Assembly: GCA_963719035.1 (NCBI GenBank)
Contig: CAVRAO010000008.1
Location: 224,001 to 288,000 of the forward strand
Length of the DNA stretch: 64,000 nt
Reading direction: 5' to 3'
From: Methanobacteriota archaeon
GTDB taxonomy: Archaea > Halobacteriota > Bog-38 > Methanoflorentales > Methanoflorentaceae
Shown: positions 61,477 through 64,000 of the stretch, piece by piece
Layout of the letters: each line of letters starts with the position of its first letter
Position numbering within the stretch: the stretch's first letter is position 1
Notes under the pieces: model-generated
Seen by the model: only the letters and a program-made list of their open reading frames with translations
What the model was told of the DNA's origin: nothing
The model's database searches: none
Program-made: the position numbers and the translations under genes

Positions 61477-62235
61477 ATGAGGAAGCCTGCAAAAGCAGGA
61501 TCGTGGTATCCCAGTGACCCTCGAGCGCTGGAAGGACTCCTGCATAGTTTTATTCAAAAGAGAGAACCGCGTAAAATCAACAGCGTAGTGGTTCCTCACG
61601 CTGGCTACGCTTGTTCTGGTATAACCGCAGGAAAAGTTTTCTCCTTACTTCCTCAGGCGGATACTTACATTATCATAGGGCCCAACCACCAATACCCAAT
61701 TGTCTCAGTATCGAACGAACCGTGGCTTACTCCTTTCGGCAAAGTGCGCGTTAATACACGTGTCATTGAAGCACTCGATATCGAAATAAATAATGAGGCT
61801 AACAAAGAGGATAACTCTGTAGAACTTCAGCTACCGTTTCTTCAGTTTCTTTTCGAAGACTTTGAAATCGTCCCAATTACTATGGGGGTTCAAGGGCCTG
61901 AAAGCATAAAACAGGTTTTCGACGCCGTCCGAAGGGGTGCAGACGAAAACACTGTGGTCATTGCTTCCAGCGATTTTACGCATTACGAGCCAGAGTCTAC
62001 TGCTAAAACAGTTGATAAATGGGTAATAGAACCCATTTTAGAGCTGAACTCGCAAGAATTTCTAGCACGGTCTCGCTCAACTTCTCTTTGCGGCTATGGA
62101 CCTATAGCAGTCGCAATTGAGTTCGCTAAATATAAGGACAGCGAGCTGGGGGAACTTGTCGATTATTCAACTAGTGCAGACACGTGCGGTAACTCGGCGG
62201 CAGTAGTTGGATATGCCGGAATAGTTATGGCATAA
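61477..62235 (+). CDS. MEMO1 family (AmmeMemoRadiSam protein B)
   Basis: AGSWYP, PHAGY, GPNH, SSDFTHY, CGYGP, VVGY. Confidence 0.92.
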   Translation: MRKPAKAGSWYPSDPRALEGLLHSFIQKREPRKINSVVVPHAGYACSGITAGKVFSLLPQADTYIIIGPNHQYPIVSVSNEPWLTPFGKVRVNTRVIEALDIEINNEANKEDNSVELQLPFLQFLFEDFEIVPITMGVQGPESIKQVFDAVRRGADENTVVIASSDFTHYEPESTAKTVDKWVIEPILELNSQEFLARSRSTSLCGYGPIAVAIEFAKYKDSELGELVDYSTSADTCGNSAAVVGYAGIVMA

Positions 62236-62281
62236 CGCTCGAGAAAGCTTTGAAGGACGAGTTTACAACATAAACCTAAAG

Positions 62282-63202
62282 ATGGTAACGTGTTCGGCGC
62301 CCGGTAAGGTCTATCTGTTTGGTGAGCACGCTGTTATCTACGGAGAGCCAGCGATAGCTTGCGCGATTAACATGCGAATAAGCACATCAGTGAAGCTCGT
62401 GTCCTCAGGAAAAATCAAGATAGATGCGATGGGCAAGCGCTTAAACTGTATGAGTGAGGAGTTCAAGTATGCCTGTTGTGCTGCTCAAACCATAAAACGA
62501 CTATTCAATACAGACTTTGGCGCAGAAATCACGATAAAATCGCAACTGCCCCCTCGTCAAGGGTTAGGTTCCTCAGCGGCCGTGACAGTCTCGACGATAA
62601 AGGCTCTTGCAGAATGTCTAGGTATAGAACTAAAAAATGAAGCAGTAGCAAAGATCGGACATCAAGTAGAGACCGCTGTTCAGGGGATGGCCAGTCCAGC
62701 AGACACATTTGTCTCTTCAACCGGTGGCGTAGTGTTAATAGAGCAGACTAAAACTTGCCATCTTTCATCGCTCAATATACCGCTCATAATCGGCGCAACA
62801 GGCATTGAACGGTCAACCAGTGACGTCATCGCCTCAGTAACAAGATTAAAACAGAAGTATCCTACTCTGATTACGGACGTCTTGTCTTCAATAGGAGACA
62901 TAACGCGCTTAGGAAAACAGAAGCTTGCTGACGAAGACTTTGTCGGCTTGGGGGAATTGATGAACATCAATCAAGGACTGCTCGAGTCAATCGGGGTGAG
63001 TGATGAAGCGCTGAGCAGACTTATTTACGCATCGAGGGCGGCAGGAGCACTCGGAGCAAAAATTACAGGCGCCGGACGAGGGGGCTGTATGCTGGCAATT
63101 ACGCAAGATGAAAACGTCAAGAATATCTCGCAAGCTATCGAAAAGCACGATGCCAAAGTGTTAAACACGGCGTTCTCTGATTCAGGTCTTCAGACAGAGT
63201 GA
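62282..63202 (+). CDS. mvk: Mevalonate kinase
   Basis: APGKV.LFGEHA, GLGSSAA, KITGAG.GG. Confidence 0.95.
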   Translation: MVTCSAPGKVYLFGEHAVIYGEPAIACAINMRISTSVKLVSSGKIKIDAMGKRLNCMSEEFKYACCAAQTIKRLFNTDFGAEITIKSQLPPRQGLGSSAAVTVSTIKALAECLGIELKNEAVAKIGHQVETAVQGMASPADTFVSSTGGVVLIEQTKTCHLSSLNIPLIIGATGIERSTSDVIASVTRLKQKYPTLITDVLSSIGDITRLGKQKLADEDFVGLGELMNINQGLLESIGVSDEALSRLIYASRAAGALGAKITGAGRGGCMLAITQDENVKNISQAIEKHDAKVLNTAFSDSGLQTE

Positions 63203-63219
63203 AAAAGGCGTGATTCAAT

Positions 63220-63975
63220 GTGATTCTGCTTAAAATCGGTGGCTCTGTCTTGACGGACAAAGCGCGAGCGAGCACTGTGCGAAAAGATTTCGTGCGCACG
63301 GTGGCTCAACAGATAGCCAACGCGAATAGAGCTGATCTAGTGCTTGTCCACGGCGCTGGCTCATTCGGCCACCCGCAAGCAGCGACGTACTTGTCTAAAG
63401 GCCGAAGCGTTAGTGACGTGTGGAAGACCCATCGAGCGGTATCCTCACTGAACACTTTGTTTATAAACGAGTTGCATTCCCAAAGTGTGCCTGCACTGCC
63501 TATTCACCCGCTAGATAGCATCACGCTACATGCTGGCAGAATTGCACATTTCGACATGACTGTGTTAAGCCTGATGCTCGAAAACGGTACCATTCCGGTG
63601 CTTCATGGCGACATCGTTATAGACAGCGCTGACGGTTTCAACATATTATCAGGAGATCAAATAATAGCATTTCTGGCGCAAAGGATGCAACCTGAAAAAA
63701 TAGGTATTGGAACCGACGTTGACGGAATTATATACAAAGGCGAAAAAATCTCCCATCTCAACGCTAGCGAGTTTGAAAATTACCGCAAAGATATCGCCGG
63801 TTCAAGCGTCGTAGACGTTACTGGGGGTATGCTCCGTAAAGTTTCCGAACTTGTGGAAATCGCTAAAGCTGGCATTCAATCTGAAATATTCAACGCTACT
63901 CGTGATGGCAACATAGCTAAGTTCTTGATGTCAAACCAACAGGTAGGGACGATTATATCCATGGAAACAAAATGA
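63220..63975 (+). CDS. ipk: Isopentenyl phosphate kinase
   Basis: KIGGS, HGAGSFGH, SGD, DVTGGM. Confidence 0.93.
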   Translation: MILLKIGGSVLTDKARASTVRKDFVRTVAQQIANANRADLVLVHGAGSFGHPQAATYLSKGRSVSDVWKTHRAVSSLNTLFINELHSQSVPALPIHPLDSITLHAGRIAHFDMTVLSLMLENGTIPVLHGDIVIDSADGFNILSGDQIIAFLAQRMQPEKIGIGTDVDGIIYKGEKISHLNASEFENYRKDIAGSSVVDVTGGMLRKVSELVEIAKAGIQSEIFNATRDGNIAKFLMSNQQVGTIISMETK

Positions 63976-64000
63976 CAACGAACAGAAAAATAGAACACTT
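63972..64000 (+). CDS. fni: Type 2 isopentenyl-diphosphate isomerase, 5' fragment
   Basis: ATGA overlap with ipk; MTTNRKIEH matches the IDI-2 N-terminal RK.EH motif and synteny. Confidence 0.7.

Overview
Core chromosomal window of an archaeon, most consistent with Halobacteriota (methanogen-like Methanomicrobia/Methanocellia relatives). The taxonomy is inferred from gene content and order, not from a search. Most of the window is housekeeping: translation and RNA-modification genes (trmI, nac, nop5-flpA, rpl10e, aIF2beta, trmY, pus10, rpl21e, rpoF, ksgA, aIF5B, rps6e, archease-rtcB), the rps13-rps4-rps11-rpoD-rpl18e-rpl13-rps9-rpoN-rpoK-eno-rps2-MEMO1-mvk-ipk-idi superoperon, SRP RNA, 6 tRNAs (2 with BHB introns) and a histone. 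Surface and glycosylation genes are interspersed. The most notable observations: (1) a complete 2-oxoacid elongation set (aksA/D/E/F, AksE with the homoaconitase YLRT loop) flanked by an orphan truncated IorA-like TPP enzyme and a Cys-rich unknown, candidates for unassigned coenzyme B steps; (2) a GT-C operon where a full-length enzyme is surrounded by three genes that each encode one of its modules in permuted order; (3) an exosortase-like gene divergent from an ArnD-like deacetylase and a GT4; (4) an apparently catalytically dead enolase in the ribosomal superoperon; (5) a PGF-CTERM surface protein with a CxxCH motif; (6) an rpoD stop codon overlapping base 1 of tRNA-Leu; (7) a histone with H49Y/G51D; (8) a candidate structured ncRNA at about 9.3 kb. 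Three single-base frameshifts, one in essential rps2, suggest residual indel errors in the assembly. No CRISPR array, transposase or integrase was seen.
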